DNA of 64,000 nucleotides, from NCBI GenBank assembly GCA_964016885.1, contig OZ024741.1, positions 105,586,001 to 105,650,000 of the forward strand, read 5' to 3'. The position numbers and the translations under genes were made by a program. Of this stretch, positions 13,200-26,724 are shown piece after piece (positions within the stretch are counted from its first letter, which is position 1; each line of letters starts with the position of its first letter). This DNA comes from Eledone cirrhosa. Its lineage: Eukaryota. Under the pieces are notes generated by a model. The model saw only the letters and a program-made list of their open reading frames with translations, was not told where the DNA came from and searched no databases.

Positions 13200-14155
13200 G
13201 TTAAGTGTTATATTATGTAATAATACAGGAATATGTAATGTATAGCATGTCTATGTGATATCATATAACACGGCAGTGTTATGTTATGTAATAACAGGCA
13301 TATGTAATGTATAGCATGTTTATGTGTGATTAGGAAGGGCCCATATTTTCTGTTATCTAGGTGACTTAATTAGAAGCAGAGAAGGATGCTCTGAGAGCAT
13401 AATAGCTAAAATAAGGATAGGATGGAAAAAAAGTTTAGAGAGTTACTTCCACTGTTGACTACAAAAGGTTTCTCCCCTTTATACAAAATGACGATGGTAT
13501 GATGCCTGCGTGTGCTGCTTCATGGTAGTGAAACATGGACTCTGACTGCAGAGAACATACATAGACTGAAGAAAATTGAAGCAACCATGCTTCGTTGGAT
13601 GTGCAATGTAAGTGTGAGAGATTGGACGAGCTGAGGGTGAAGCTGGGTTCAAGAGGAATCCAAAGTAGTGCACAGGAGAGAAGACTTTGTTGGTACAGAC
13701 ATGTGATGCGCATGAATGATGATCAATGGATTAAAAGGTGCCAGGAAATTCCAGTGGACGGAAGCTGCAGCAGAGGTAAACCAAGAAAGATCTGGGCAGA
13801 GGTGGTAAGAGCTGATCTCAAATTGCTGAGACTCACAGAGGAGATGATGAAGAAACACAGCAAGTGAAGAGATGTTGTGCTGAGAAGGACCCTTCCAACC
13901 CATGCAAGTGTGAAAAAATGGATATAAAAACGATGATGAGGATATAATACTGCAGTATTATCATGTTATGTAATAACATAGGAATATGTAATGTATATTG
14001 TGCTTATGTGATATGATATAATACTGCAGTGTCATATTATATAACAACACAAGAATATATAATGTGATATCATATAATACTGCAGTGTTATATTATGTAA
14101 TAATAAGAATATGTAATGTATATCATGTTTATCTGATATTATATACTACTGCAGC
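13200..14155. repeat. ~70-bp minisatellite interrupted by an RTE fragment
   Basis: gcagtgttatattatgtaataa..ggaatatgtaatgtata..atg units lie on both sides of 13335-13940. Confidence 0.75.
13335..13940 (+). mobile_element. Degenerate RTE LINE 3' fragment
   Basis: ERRLCWYRHVMRM...GKPRKIW motif, ending acccatgcaagtg...cgatgatga. Confidence 0.8.
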
Positions 14156-14884
14156 AATGTACAGTATATCTCTATTTTGGATGTATGAATGTGGGTGAGT
14201 GGAACTAGTGATTGTGGCATAAAACATTGCTACACACATATATATATACACACTCACACACACATACATTCATATATATATATATACACACACACATATA
14301 TACATACACATATATACACACACACAGAGTAGAAACCATTGTTGTTAAGATCATCTAGAGCAACACCAACATCTGATAGCAACATCTCCACCAACAACAG
14401 TTCAATAGAGATCAATGGAGAATTTTTTTAATCTCAATTCATTACTGGTGGGGGTGAAGAATAGATACCTACTATATTTGTAGGTGTGAAATAGTACTGA
14501 AAATCTAACCGTGTAAAAAAATATTTGTTTAGTCTCCCAACCCACTATTATCACATTGGGCAAGATCTATGACTGGTGAACAAGGAATGGAAGGACGTAC
14601 TTGTCCTGACTGGATAGAAAAGACTCGATTGCCCTGACTGTCGCATGTGTCTCAAGAAGAGGAAGCTTCTAAGTCAAATCTATGAGGAATTTTATTTAGC
14701 AGCTAACTAATTAAACATCCTCAGGTAGTAATAACTAGATCTAGATGTAGAGGGATAACTTGAAAGATGAGGGTATTTATTGAGAAGAACAAAGACAATA
14801 TTAATGGAGGAAGAGGAGGAGGAATAAAATGCATAGAGGAAATATAGGACATTATTAACAAGCCATTAGCAACTAACATTTGCT

Positions 14885-15180
14885 GGGTGTGTCAGGTTTA
14901 GAATAAGTCTGTCACACTCCTGTGTGTTGTTTGCTCTGCATGCCAGCATTTAGGATAGGCACACTATTTCCTACATGAGTCTGATTTAGAATAGGTACAC
15001 TGTATTACTGTGTGTTGTTTGCTGTGTTTGGTTTAGAATAGGTGCACCATATGCCGGTGTGTCTGATTTAGAATAGGTATGTCATATACATGTGTGTTGC
15101 TTGCTGTGTGTATGGTTTAGAATAGGTACACTGTACTCTTGTGTGAGTCCAGTTTACAATAGGTACATTGTATTCTTGTC
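14885..15180. repeat. Diverged ~40-50-bp minisatellite
   Basis: Recurring tttagaataggtacac...tgtgtgttgtttgct. Confidence 0.75.
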
Positions 15181-15794
15181 ATAAAAAGCAACTAAATGGG
15201 TTAGCACCAAGAAAATATTTTTAAAAAGGCCCTGAAGATGAGCATGATGTTTTTAATGGGACTCCACAATTCTAACACTTGCTTTAACAGGAAAAATGGT
15301 CTTAAATGTTTTGCTGTTGCTGCTGCTCTTATTATTGACTGTTATCTCATAACATCCAAATGATGAGGAAGGGGAGGCAGAGGGTGTCAAAATATACAGT
15401 TTAGACTAGATATTGTAATATGGCTTCACTAATGAAATTATTTCAGAGTTTGCCTCCAAAGGACAGTCTTTGAATCTTAATGTCAGACAGAGTTCCGTTT
15501 GTAAAAGAGTGGTGACACCAATATATTTTAAATAACTGCCAAGAATAAATCCATACAATTATTTTGGTGCTACTACTATAAATGGTATGATGGATTTCCA
15601 ACTGGTTTTCTTATTATATATATAGGAAGACGCACATATGGACTAATGCTTCAACTCAAAAGAGAATGAAATCTTGTCCTGGTAAAACCCCAAATATATT
15701 ACTAGTACCTATTGTTAACAGCAATGTGAACTAAACAATGTTCTACAGAAATACAAATGAATAGCAGCCTCATATTTCCTTGAAATAACACCCT

Positions 15795-16170
15795 ATCATC
15801 ATCATCATTTTATGTCTGCTTTTCCATGCTGCATGATTTGAACGGCTCCTTTTCAGCACAGTATTTCTCCACTCACTGTTACCATTTGTCATCTCTATTT
15901 GAGATCACCCCTCATGATTTTTGCCCAGGTCTTCCTCTACTGTAGCTTCCTTCCACTGGGATTTCTTGGCGCTTCTTCACCCAGTGATCATCATCCAGGT
16001 CCATCCCATGCCCATACCAGCATTGTCTTCTCTCTTACACACAACATCTGATTCCTCTTATACCTAGTTTCTCTCTCAGTTTATCCATGCTTTGCCGTTC
16101 TTGCATATTGACATTGCACATCCATCAAAGCATGCTCTCTTTATTTCTCTCCAGCCTTTACATGTACTCT
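15795..16170 (-). mobile_element. Degenerate RTE 3' fragment
   Basis: (CAT)n tail and reverse-strand homology to the RTE C-terminus (ccataccagc, attcctcttatacc, gcacatccatc). Confidence 0.65.
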
Positions 16171-16475
16171 GCAGTATTGAATTGTAGTTATGTATTTTAT
16201 TCCCATATCTAAATAGAAATATCTGCCCAACCAAACGCTCTCCAGCAATACAAATCAATGTTTAGGCTTTAATTTCACATGTTTTCTATAAAATCTTTTA
16301 AGGGTTCAGGGTAAGATGAAATGTCTTTTTATTCAAAAAATAAGATGTGAATGAATGAAAAGAATCAAGTTCATAAACTTATGATAATTGTTCTGGACAA
16401 GAATGCTGGAACAAATCATATCATGAACTTGAAGAATATAGCTGATTAGATTAATGTTTGACATTTAGTGTAGAA

Positions 16476-16533
<58 letters not shown>

Positions 16534-16544
16534 TATACTTATAT

Positions 16545-19357
16545 CGGGGTTGCCAGACGAACTTAAGGATAGGTTTTACGAGTCCCTAATGCACACTACT
16601 GCTCTAACAAACGACAATGACTTCCTAATCATCGCAGGAGATTTTAACGGACACATAGGTAAACACTGTGTCGATTTCAATAGAATCCATGGAGGCCACG
16701 GGGTTGGCACAAGAAACGAAGAAGGATTCAGACTTCTAGAATTCTGCGATGCCAATGACATGTCAATATGTAACACAAACTTCAAAAAACCCGACAACCA
16801 CCTGATCACCTATAGATCAAGGGAGCATTCTAGTCAGATAGATTTTATCCTCATCAGAGGACGTGACAGATGGACGGTTGTAAACACAAAAGCCTACCCT
16901 AGTGAGGAATGTACCTCCCAATATAGCTTAGTTGTCAGCGACCTCACGGTCAGAACTAGACGAACCTGGAAACAGAGGCCAACCTGGAGAAGAAAGATCT
17001 GGAAGCTGAAAGACCCCTCAGCCAGTAACAGATTTAAAGATATTTTACTCGACGCCTATGACAGTAAAGTAGAACAGATAGAGACATTCAATGTAGAAGA
17101 GCACTGGGAGTTCCTAAAAAATAACTTACTAGAGGCGACGGATGAGGTCTGTGGCTGGAGTAAGACCACAAGCAGGAGAGTGACTTGGTGGTGGAACAAT
17201 AAGGTAGATGAGACAGTTAAGGCCAAGAGACAGGCATGGAAAGAATGGAAGAACAGGGGGAGCAGGGTACATTACATAGAGACCAAGAGGGAAGCTAGGC
17301 GACAAGTATACTTAGCTAGGAGGGAAGCAGAGGATAGAAAATTCAAGCATGTTTTGCAACGTGAGGACCAGAAACAGGTGGTGTTCAAGATTGCGAGGCA
17401 GTGTGTCAGAGAGAATTGTGATGTCATTGGAGAGAAGAGTATCCGGAATGATAAAGGTGAGCTTGCCCACACAAGTGCTGAGAAGAAAGATGCATGGAAG
17501 AGCCATTATGATAGATTACTAAATGAGGAGAATGCATGGGAAGAAGAGACCCTACCCCAAGTAGACCCTATAGAGGGGCCAGCAGTACAAGTCAGCAGCA
17601 GCGTAGTAAGTAAGGCAATCAAAGATATGAAGATGGGGAAGGCAACCGGTCCATCAGGTATAGCTGCCGAGATGCTGAAGGCATCTGGGTCTGTAGGTCA
17701 CACTATAACCACACGTATTGTTAACCAGGTAATACTAGGTATCATACCAAAAGATTGGTGCAGTAGCATCATTGCCAACTGCTACAAAGGTAAAGGTGAT
17801 GCACTAGATAGAGGAAACTATAGAGGTATAAAGGTGATGGACCAGGTCATGAAAGTAACAGAAAGAGTTATAGCACAGTTGATTAGGGACCGGGTGAAAC
17901 TAGATGAGATGCAATTTGGGTTTGTACCAGGAAGAGGCACCACTGATGCCCTCTTCCTTGTGAGGCAGTTACAGGAAAAGTACCTAGCTAAAAGTAAGCC
18001 ACTCTACCTGTCATCCGTCGATCTCGAGAAAGCCTTTGACAGAGTTCCATGTGCTGTAATCTGGTGGGCTCTTAGAAAACTAGGAGTAGATGAATGGCTT
18101 GTGAAAGCTGTACAAGCCATGTATAGGGGAGCAGTCAGCAAAGTTAGGATTAGCAATGACTATAGCGAGGAATTTAGCGTACAGGTTGGTGTCCACCAAG
18201 GCTCTGTTCTTAGCCCTCTCCTGTTCATCATAGTCCTGCAGGCAATAACGGAGGAGTTTAAGACTGGATGCCCATGGGAACTCCTGTATGCTGATGACCT
18301 CGCACTTATAGCTGAATCTGGTAGAACTAGAGAAGAAATTCCAAACTTGGAAGCCGGGACTAGAAAGAAAGGGTCTCAAAGTCAACATGACAAAGACTAA
18401 GGTCCTTGTAAGTAGACGAGAAAACAGAACCCAGATCCCCTCAGGGAAATGGCCTTGCTCAGAATGTAGGAAAGGTGTAGGTAGGAACTCCAATTTCTGC
18501 CCCAAATGCAAACAATGGGTACACAAGAGATGTAGCGGGATCTCAGGAAGCTTAATTAAGAATGTAGGCTTCACATGCAGCAACTGTGCTGGGACAGCAA
18601 GCAGCAAACAGCCACAGGAAACAAGTACCACCAATCTCTGGGAGGGCTCTGTAGAAACAGTAGACAGCTTCTGCTACCTAGGTGACCGAATTAGCAGCGG
18701 AGGTGGGTGTTCAGAAAGTACAATAACTAGGGTAAGAACGGGATGGAAGAAGTTCAGGGAACTACTGCCACTGTTAGCTGCAAAAGGCTTCTCCCTCAAA
18801 ATGATGCGTGTATCCGAACAGCAATGTTACATGGTAGTGAGACCTGGGCGCTGAAGGTGGAAGACTTACGTAGATTAGAAAGAAACGAAGCCTGCATGCT
18901 CCGATGGATGTGTAATAGTAATATATGCGAACGACAAAGCATAAATGAATTGGGAGAGACACTGAGTATAAGAGGAATCAAATGCTGTGTGTAGGAGAGG
19001 CAGATGCGTTGGTATGGACATGTGATGCGTATGAAGGATGACAGCTGCATAAAAAGGAGCAGAGCACTAGAAGTCAATGGAAACCGCAGAGTGGGGAGAC
19101 CCAAGAAGACCTGGGATGAGGTGATAAAAGCCGTCACGACAAAAAAAACACACAGTCCACGCTGTAATGTGGCTGTGTAGGTAACACGGTAAAAACCTCC
19201 CAGTCCACACTGTAAACGTGGTTGGTGTTAGGAAGGGCATCCAGCCGTAGAAAACCCGCCAGACAGTCCTATGCGAGCAAGACAACCACTCTTGCCTCAA
19301 GTGGGAAAACTCCCGTCCAAACCCATGCAAGCGTGGAAGATGGACGTTAAACGATGA
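16545..19357 (+). mobile_element. 5'-truncated RTE-clade LINE (AP endonuclease C-half, RT, PHD-like finger)
   Basis: ORF 16550-18400 has GDFNGH, SQIDFIL, VDLEKAFD, GVHQGSVLSPLLF, LLYADD. Frameshift at ~18320, small deletion at ~18800, internal deletion near 19132 into the 3' UTR, GATGA end. Abuts a (TA)n array. Confidence 0.95.
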
Positions 19358-19973
19358 AATAGTGGACAGCTTCCGTTACCTGGGTGACAAAATCAGCAGT
19401 GGGGGAGGGTGCTCTGAAAGTACAGTAGCTAGAGTCAGAACTGGATGGAAAAAGTTCAGAGAGCTTATACCACTATTAGCTGCTAAAGGGTTCTCCATAA
19501 AAATGAAAGGCAGGCTGTATGATGCCTGCATACGAACAGCAATGTTGCATGGCAGTGAGACCTGGGCATTGTGTGCAGAGGATATACGCAGACTGGAGAG
19601 GAACGAAGCTTGCATGCTCCGCTGGATGTGTAATAGTAATATACGTGAACGGCAAAGCATAAGCGAGCTAAGGGAAAAATTAGAAATAAGAGGGATCAGA
19701 TGTTGTTTACTCGAGAGAAGGCTATGTTGGTATGGTCACGTGATGCGCATGAAAGACGAAAGCTGTATAAAAAATGCAGGGCAATAAAAATAGACGGTAG
19801 CCAATAGACGGTAGGCATACACAGAAAAACCTGGGACGACTTGATAAATTCCGACCTCACACACTTACACCTCTCCAAGACAATGTCACTGGACCGAGAG
19901 CTTTGGTGCTACACAGTAATAGAGAAGACCCGCCTTACCTAAGTACAAAGTGAAACCTACTACAGTCAGTAGG
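19358..19973 (+). mobile_element. RTE C-terminal fragment, very close to the copy at 22510-25085
   Basis: DSFRYLGDKISSGGGCSESTVARVRTGWKKFRELIPLL is identical to the 705-aa ORF. Confidence 0.9.
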
Positions 19974-21910
19974 TCTCGCCAGTGTTCATTTATCCGTTCC
20001 CCTATACTACGAGCTGTCTCACCTATGTACACTATATTCTTATCTCTACATTGCCCTACAGTACATCTTATGCTATATACTACATTTCTAGTTTTACAGT
20101 TAATATGGAGGCTTAATTTACAGATTATACATTTCTTATCTATACAGGGAGGTCTTTGAAAAGGGTATGTATTGCTAATAAGTGTTTTTATGGAGGTACC
20201 TGGTCTTTCTACTATCTTAATATTGAGTTTATGTTTATCTAGGGCCCTTCTAAATTTGTAAGCTAATTCACCTCTAGGGGTTGTATCAACGAACATTACA
20301 CTCTAGTATTTATTGCTATCATACCATGAGTTTATTCTATTAACCTTATTCCTAGTTCTTTCTATTCTATTCCAAAATTTGCTCCTATACAAGGGGCAGG
20401 TCCCATTTGTGTCATTATTTACCATTTTTTCCCATTTGGTTCTGGTTCCTCTATATAGTTTGATTTTATCTCTCTGATTGTAACCAGAGAACTGCATATG
20501 GTGGATGAAATGTTGTATGTGTCTCTCTAGTTCTTTGGGGTTGCACATGCGGGACACGTTTCTCATCACCCGTACCAAATCCGCAATCAGTATGTTGATT
20601 TTGGTATGGTCCGAAACAGCTGAGTTTCGGTGGGTCAGATATTTGGAAGTCATGGGTTTGGCATAATGGGAATGGAGGATTTGTGTTTTGTTATTAATGG
20701 TATCTAACCAGAGCTCTGTGTCTAGTACAGGTAATCGATGGTTGGGGTGTTTGCTTGGGTAGTCTATAGTAACTCTAATACTCTGGTGGATGGAGTTAGC
20801 TATTTGCTGGATGCTTTCCATGGTGTTTTTCTCTAATTCCTGACTGTTCTCTAGTGGGGGTGCTTTTACTACGATGTTTATATCATCAACGTAGTGGGAG
20901 TACATTATCAGGGTTAAGGGGTTGCTCTCTTCTAATTGTTCTTTAAGTTTAAGTCTATTGTCCCACCATACCATGAATAGGTTAGCTATGTCACCTGCAA
21001 TGCTAACACCAATGGCTGCTCCCTCCTCTTGGGCATATGTTTTTCCATTAAATTTGAACATATGTTCCTTAAGGGTTAATTTTATGCTGGCCCCAACCGC
21101 ATGTGCAATCATTTTCTCTAGTTCATCGTGGTTTTCAGGGGTCCGTATGGCTCTGGTCCACCCGTTCCATCTATCTGTGTGGGTTTTCTTGGCCATTGCG
21201 GTAATGGTAGGTGGTCTGCCTCTTGCTGGTCTTGTAGGGCACAGCTTGCTAAGGCCATATATATCTAGATAATCATTACTATAGGTAAGTTTAAGTAGGA
21301 GTCCCAGCTCACTGGTATCAATCCCACGGAATTCAACATTGCTCTCACTGATCATTTCTACGCATTTCTCCACAGCAAAATCCACGTCAATAGATGGATA
21401 CAGAGACACAACATCCATACTACCTATTATGCAGTTTGTTAGGTCCCTAGATCGTTTACTCTCACCGATTCTGTTGAGGAGGTCCTCCGTGCTGTCACAT
21501 ATATCTGGTACATTTCAATGATGGGGCGTATGATCAGGGAGAGGAAGTAGGAAAGTCTGTAGATACTAGCAATGTTAGCTCCACAGACTGGCCGTGTTGG
21601 TGGTCCTGTGACAGGGTCACTGCTCGTTTCATGGTCTTTTCGAAGCCCATACAACGCTGGCACGTCATTGTTCCAGGCCTGGAAATTGTTGGCAGTCCTT
21701 TTGCTGACTGCATTATATTTGTCCACATCATCATATGGGCATTCAGGGCTTTTTCCCTATCCTCATGCTCTTGTGGTGTTACTTCTCTTGTGTTAGTGAT
21801 GTGGGGTTGCATTGCCTGGATGTAGTTTGACAGACTGTCAACCGACACTCTGCCAGACTTGTCTGTTGGAAAGCATGCTATCTCTCCATTACACGAGCGC
21901 TGCATGAGCT
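19971..21910 (-). mobile_element. Penelope-like retroelement copy 1 (RT + GIY-YIG), truncated at both ends
   Basis: ORFs give PTDKSG, PALYGLRKDH, RPV, DVVSLYPSI, GAAIG...IANLFM, YVDD, LPVLD, a Cys cluster CIDKKCIIC...NC, then VVYSIRC...YIGETARSIGERINEH. Frameshifts and a stop at ~20303. Confidence 0.92.
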
Positions 21911-22057
21911 TATAATAATAATAATGAAATTATTGTGTACAGTGCTCAGGTGCACTACAACTCATCAAAGGTGCATGTATAGTACATAGAATAATGTACA
22001 AATGTCAGGAAAATAAACAGGAAAATATGCAAGCCATTTGCAAATTTTTCTCCCCAT
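21911..22057 (-). mobile_element. Short 3' end of an unidentified LINE/SINE with (ATT)n tail
   Basis: Minus strand ends ttgtagtgcacctgagcactgtacacaataatttc(att)n with a small terminal hairpin. Confidence 0.35.
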
Positions 22058-22059
22058 AC

Positions 22060-22092
<33 letters not shown>

Positions 22093-22173
22093 CATATATA
22101 TATAAATACATATATATATAAATACATATATATATAAATACATATATATATAAATACATATATATATAAATAC

Positions 22174-22204
<31 letters not shown>

Positions 22205-22509
22205 CATATATATATAAATACATATATATATAAATACATATATATATATAAATACATATATATATATAAATACATATATATATATATAAATACATATATA
22301 TATATATAAATACATATATATATATAAATACATATATATATATATAAATACATATATATATATAAATACATATATATATATATAAATACATATATATATA
22401 AATACATATATATATATATAAATACATATATATATATATAAATACATATATATATAAATACATATATATATATATATAAATACATATATATATATATATA
22501 AATACATAC
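22058..22509. repeat. (TA)n-derived array with AAATAC interruptions
   Basis: Direct reading. The array continues at 25087-25460 beyond the RTE insertion. Confidence 0.95.
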
Positions 22510-25085
22510 ATCATCATCATCATCATCATCATCAACGTTTAACGTCCGTGTTCCACGCTTGCATGGGTTTGGACGGGGGTAGTCCCACTTGAGGCAAGAG
22601 TGATTGTCTTGCTCGCATAGGACTGTCTGGCAGGTTTTCTACAGTTGGATGCCCTTCCTAACACCAACCACATTTACAGTGTGGGTCTGGGAGGTTTTTA
22701 CCGTGTTGCCTACACGGCCACATTACAGCGTGGACTGTGTGTTTTTTGTCGTGACACCTACACGATCTCATTTGTTTCGGCCTCGATGGCGCGGCACCAA
22801 CATAACTTTACATAGAACAGGGTGGTGTGGATCGGGTGGGGGTGGTGGTGGTGGGACGGGGTGTATTTTGTTAGAGATGCCTACTGGCTGGAGTAGGTTT
22901 TACTATATATTTAGGTAAGGCGGGTCTTCTCTGTTACTGAGTACCGCCAAAGGTCTCGGTCCAGTGACATTGTCTTGGAGAGGTGTAAGTGTGTGATGTC
23001 GGAGTTTATCAGCTCGTCCCAGGTTTTTCTAGGTCTGCCTATTCCGTGACTACCGTCTATCTTTATTGCCCTGCACTTTGTTATACAGCTATCGACTTTC
23101 ATGCGCATCACGTGTCCATACCAACGTAGCCTTCTCTCGAGTAAACAACATCTGATCCCTCTTATCTCTAATTTTTTCCTTAGTTCGTTTATGCTTTGCC
23201 GTTCACGTATATTACTGTTACACATCCAGCGGAGCATGCAAGCTTCGTTCCTCTCTAGTCTGCGTATATCCTCTGCACACAATGCCCAGGTCTCACTGCC
23301 ATGCAGCATTGCTGTTCGTATGCAGGCATCGTACAACCTGCCTTTCATTTTTAGTGAGAACCCTTTAGCAGCTAATAGTGGTATAAGCTCTCTGAACTTT
23401 TTCCAACCAGTTCTGACTCTAGCTACAGTACTTTCAGAGCACCCTCCCCCACTGCTGATTTTATCGCCCAGGTAACGGAAGCTGTCCACTATTTCTATAG
23501 AACCCTCTGCGCAATTGAAAGAGCTAGTAGTTTGTGGGCACTTGCTGCTACTTATTGCACCAGAGCACCGGCCACATGTAAAATCTATGTTCTTAGTTAG
23601 CTTACCTGTGATCCCACTACATCTTTTATGCACCCATACTTTGCATTTAGGACATAAAATGGAGTTTCTACCTACGCCTTTCCTACACACCGAGCACGAC
23701 CATTTCCCAGAAGGGACCGCCGCCTTGTTTTCTTTCCTACAAACTAGTACTTTGGTCTTAGCCAGGTTAATTTTAAGTCCTTTTGACTCTAGGCCGTGCT
23801 TCCATGTTTGGAATTTCTTCTCTAGCTCGGCCATTGATTCCGCTATGAGTGTCAGGTCGTCTGCGTATAGGAGTTCCCATGGGCAGCCTGTCTTGAACTC
23901 CTCTGTTATAGCCTGAAGGGCAATAATAAATAGTAGTGGACTGAGAACAGAGCCCTGATGGACGCCAACTTTTACGCTAAACTCTTCACTATATTCGTTG
24001 TTAATTCTAACCTTGCTGACTGTTTCTTTATACATGGCTTGTATAGCCCTCACAAGCCATTCGTCAACGCCTAGTTTTCTAAGAGCCCACCAGATAATGG
24101 AGCGGGGGACTCTGTCGAAGGCTTTCTCCAAGTCGACAAAAGCTAAGTAGAGGGGTTTACCTTTAGCTAGGTACTTCTCCTGTAGTTGACGTACTATGAA
24201 AAGAGCGTCTGTGGTACTTTTGCCTGACACAAACCCGAACTGCATTTCATCTAGGTCAATTCTCTCTCTGATTAGTTGCGCTATTACTCTTTCCGTGACC
24301 TTCATGACCTGGTCGATTAATTTAATGCCTCTATAGTTACTCCTATCTAGGGCGTCTCCTTTACCCTTATAACAGTTAACGATGATGCTGCTATGCCAGT
24401 CCTTCGGAACAACCCCATTCTGTACGACTTGGTTAACTATGCGGGTGACCATGGTGTGTCCCACCGTGCCAGATGCCTTCAGCATCTCAGCAACTATTTC
24501 CGAAGGCCCAGCCGCCTTACCAGTCTTCATATCCTTGATTGCCTTACTTATTATACTCCCCTCGACTAACACTGCTGGTCCCTCTATTGGGTCGATATGG
24601 GGGAGACTGCCTTTCTCCCAATTATTCTCCTCATTTAGAAGCCTTTCATAGTGACACTTCCAAGCTACCTTCTTATCAGCGTCGGTGATGGCAAGTGTGC
24701 CATCGTCGTTTAGTACACACTTCTCCCCGACAATATCACGGTTTTCCTTGACGCGTTGCCTAGCAATCCTGAACACCTCACGTTTTTGGTCATCGCGTTG
24801 TAGAACATGCTTGAACTTTCTTTCCTCAGCTTCCCTTCTTGCTAAGTACACTTGTCTCCTAGCTTCCCTCCTGGCCACTTGATAGTCCTCTCTACTTCCC
24901 CCATCCCGCCATACTTTCCAAGCCTGCTTTTTGGCCTTAATTGACCCCTCCACCTTACTGTTCCACCACCATGTTACTCTCCTCCTGCCTACAGGCCTGC
25001 TCCAGCCACAGACCTCGTCTGTCGCCAACAGCAGGTTTGCTTTCAGAAATTCCCACTCTCCCTCTATATTGTCCGACTCTAAATG
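22510..25085 (-). mobile_element. Young 5'-truncated RTE LINE with uninterrupted RT-to-stop ORF, 3' UTR and (GAT)n tail
   Basis: ORF 22911-25028 (705 aa): FVDLEKAFD, GVHQGSVLSPLLF, LLYADD, C4HC3 finger, RRLRWYGHVMRM, GRPRKTW. UTR 22535-22910. Confidence 0.95.
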
Positions 25086-25217
25086 TTATATATATAAATA
25101 CATATATATATAAATACATATATATATATATAAATACATACATATATATATAAATACATATATATATAAATACATATATATATATATATACATATATATA
25201 TACATATATATATATAC

Positions 25218-25252
<35 letters not shown>

Positions 25253-25265
25253 CATATATATATAC

Positions 25266-25300
<35 letters not shown>

Positions 25301-25301
25301 C

Positions 25302-25332
<31 letters not shown>

Positions 25333-25423
25333 CATATATATATACATATATATATATACATATATATATATACACATATATATATATACACACACATATA
25401 TATATATACACATATATATATAT

Positions 25424-25464
<41 letters not shown>

Positions 25465-25500
25465 TGTGAGAAAAACCATAGACCCTCCATCTCAACTCTA

Positions 25501-25536
25501 CTTTTGAAAAGCAGAAGAACTGCGAAACCGGTAAAG
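25501..25536 (+). ncRNA. Minimal hammerhead-like motif with U3:A8 variant core
   Basis: ctt-TTGAAAA-gcag(aagaa)ctgc-GAAAC-CG-GTA-aag: perfect 4-bp stem II, palindromic ACCGGT stem III, 3-bp stem I. Confidence 0.5.
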
Positions 25537-25618
25537 GAACCAAATAAATATATATATTTTTTTTAAAATAAGACTCCAGTTGCATTTTCGATTTCATCTT
25601 TTTTTCTTTTTTTTATAT

Positions 25619-25690
<72 letters not shown>

Positions 25691-25811
25691 CATCATCATC
25701 ATTTTACGTCCGCTTTTCCCTGCTTGCATATATATATATATATATATCAAATAAATATATTTTTTTTAAAATAAGACTCCAGTTGCATTTTCGATTTCAT
25801 CTTTTTTTCTT

Positions 25812-25849
<38 letters not shown>

Positions 25850-25859
25850 CATATATAGG

Positions 25860-25900
<41 letters not shown>

Positions 25901-25904
25901 GTAT

Positions 25905-26407
25905 GAAAAACCTGGGATAACTTGATAAATTCCGACCTCACACACTTACACCTCTCCAAGACAATGTCACTGGACCGAGATCTTTGCCGCTACACAGTAA
26001 TACAGAAGACCCGCCTTACCTAAGTACAAAGTTAAACCTACTACAGTCAGTAGGCACCTCTAACAAAAATACACCCCCGTCCACTACCTCCACCCCATCC
26101 ACACCACCCCTTTCAATGTAAAGTTATGTTGGTACCACAACATCCAGTACGAAACAAATGAGGTCGTGTAGGTGTCACGACAAAAAAACACACAGTCCAC
26201 GCTGTAATGTGGCCGTGTAAGTAACACGGTAAAAACCTCCCAGTCCACACTGTAAATGTGGTTGGTGTTAGGAAAGGCATCCAGCCATAGAAAACCCGCC
26301 AGACAGTCCTATACGAGCAAGACAACCACTCTTGACTCAAGTGGGAAAACTCCCGTCCAAACCCATGCAAGCGTGGAAGATGGACGTTAAACGATGATGA
26401 TGATGAT
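25905..26407 (+). mobile_element. RTE 3' fragment (last codons, UTR, (GAT)n)
   Basis: Matches 19825-19973 and the UTR at 22510-22910. Confidence 0.9.
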
Positions 26408-26608
26408 ATATATATATACATATATATATTAGAAAGTGAGGTTTTTTGTACAAAATGAAAAATAACCGAGGTGTCCTACACAAGTGAAAATATAAAGAAA
26501 AAAAGATGAAATCGAAAATGCAACTCTTATTTAAAAAAATATATATATATTTATTTTTCGCAGTTCTTCTGCTTTTCAAAAGTAGAGTTCAGATGGAGGG
26601 TCTGTTAA

Positions 26609-26681
<73 letters not shown>

Positions 26682-26724
26682 TCATTAACACCATCATCAT
26701 TTTACGTTCACTTTTCCCTGCTTG

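Larger units (their letters stand above)
25460..26605. repeat. Short repeat family in three partial copies (25460-25615 +, 25748-25812 +, 26430-26605 -) among TA arrays; probable PLE terminal-repeat relic
   Basis: Shared aaataagactccagttgcattttcgatttcatc and agaccctccatct...actctacttttgaaaagcagaagaactgcgaaa. Confidence 0.7.

Noticed and set aside
20297-20305. In-frame stop in the PLE ORF as programmed readthrough or selenocysteine
   Set aside because: It is TAG, and the second copy has CAG at this position, so it is an ordinary nonsense mutation.
16545-25085. Convergent RTE copies flanking the PLE as a composite transposon
   Set aside because: The two RTEs are clearly diverged subfamilies with different truncation points and no shared TSD. 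Independent nested insertions explain the arrangement.
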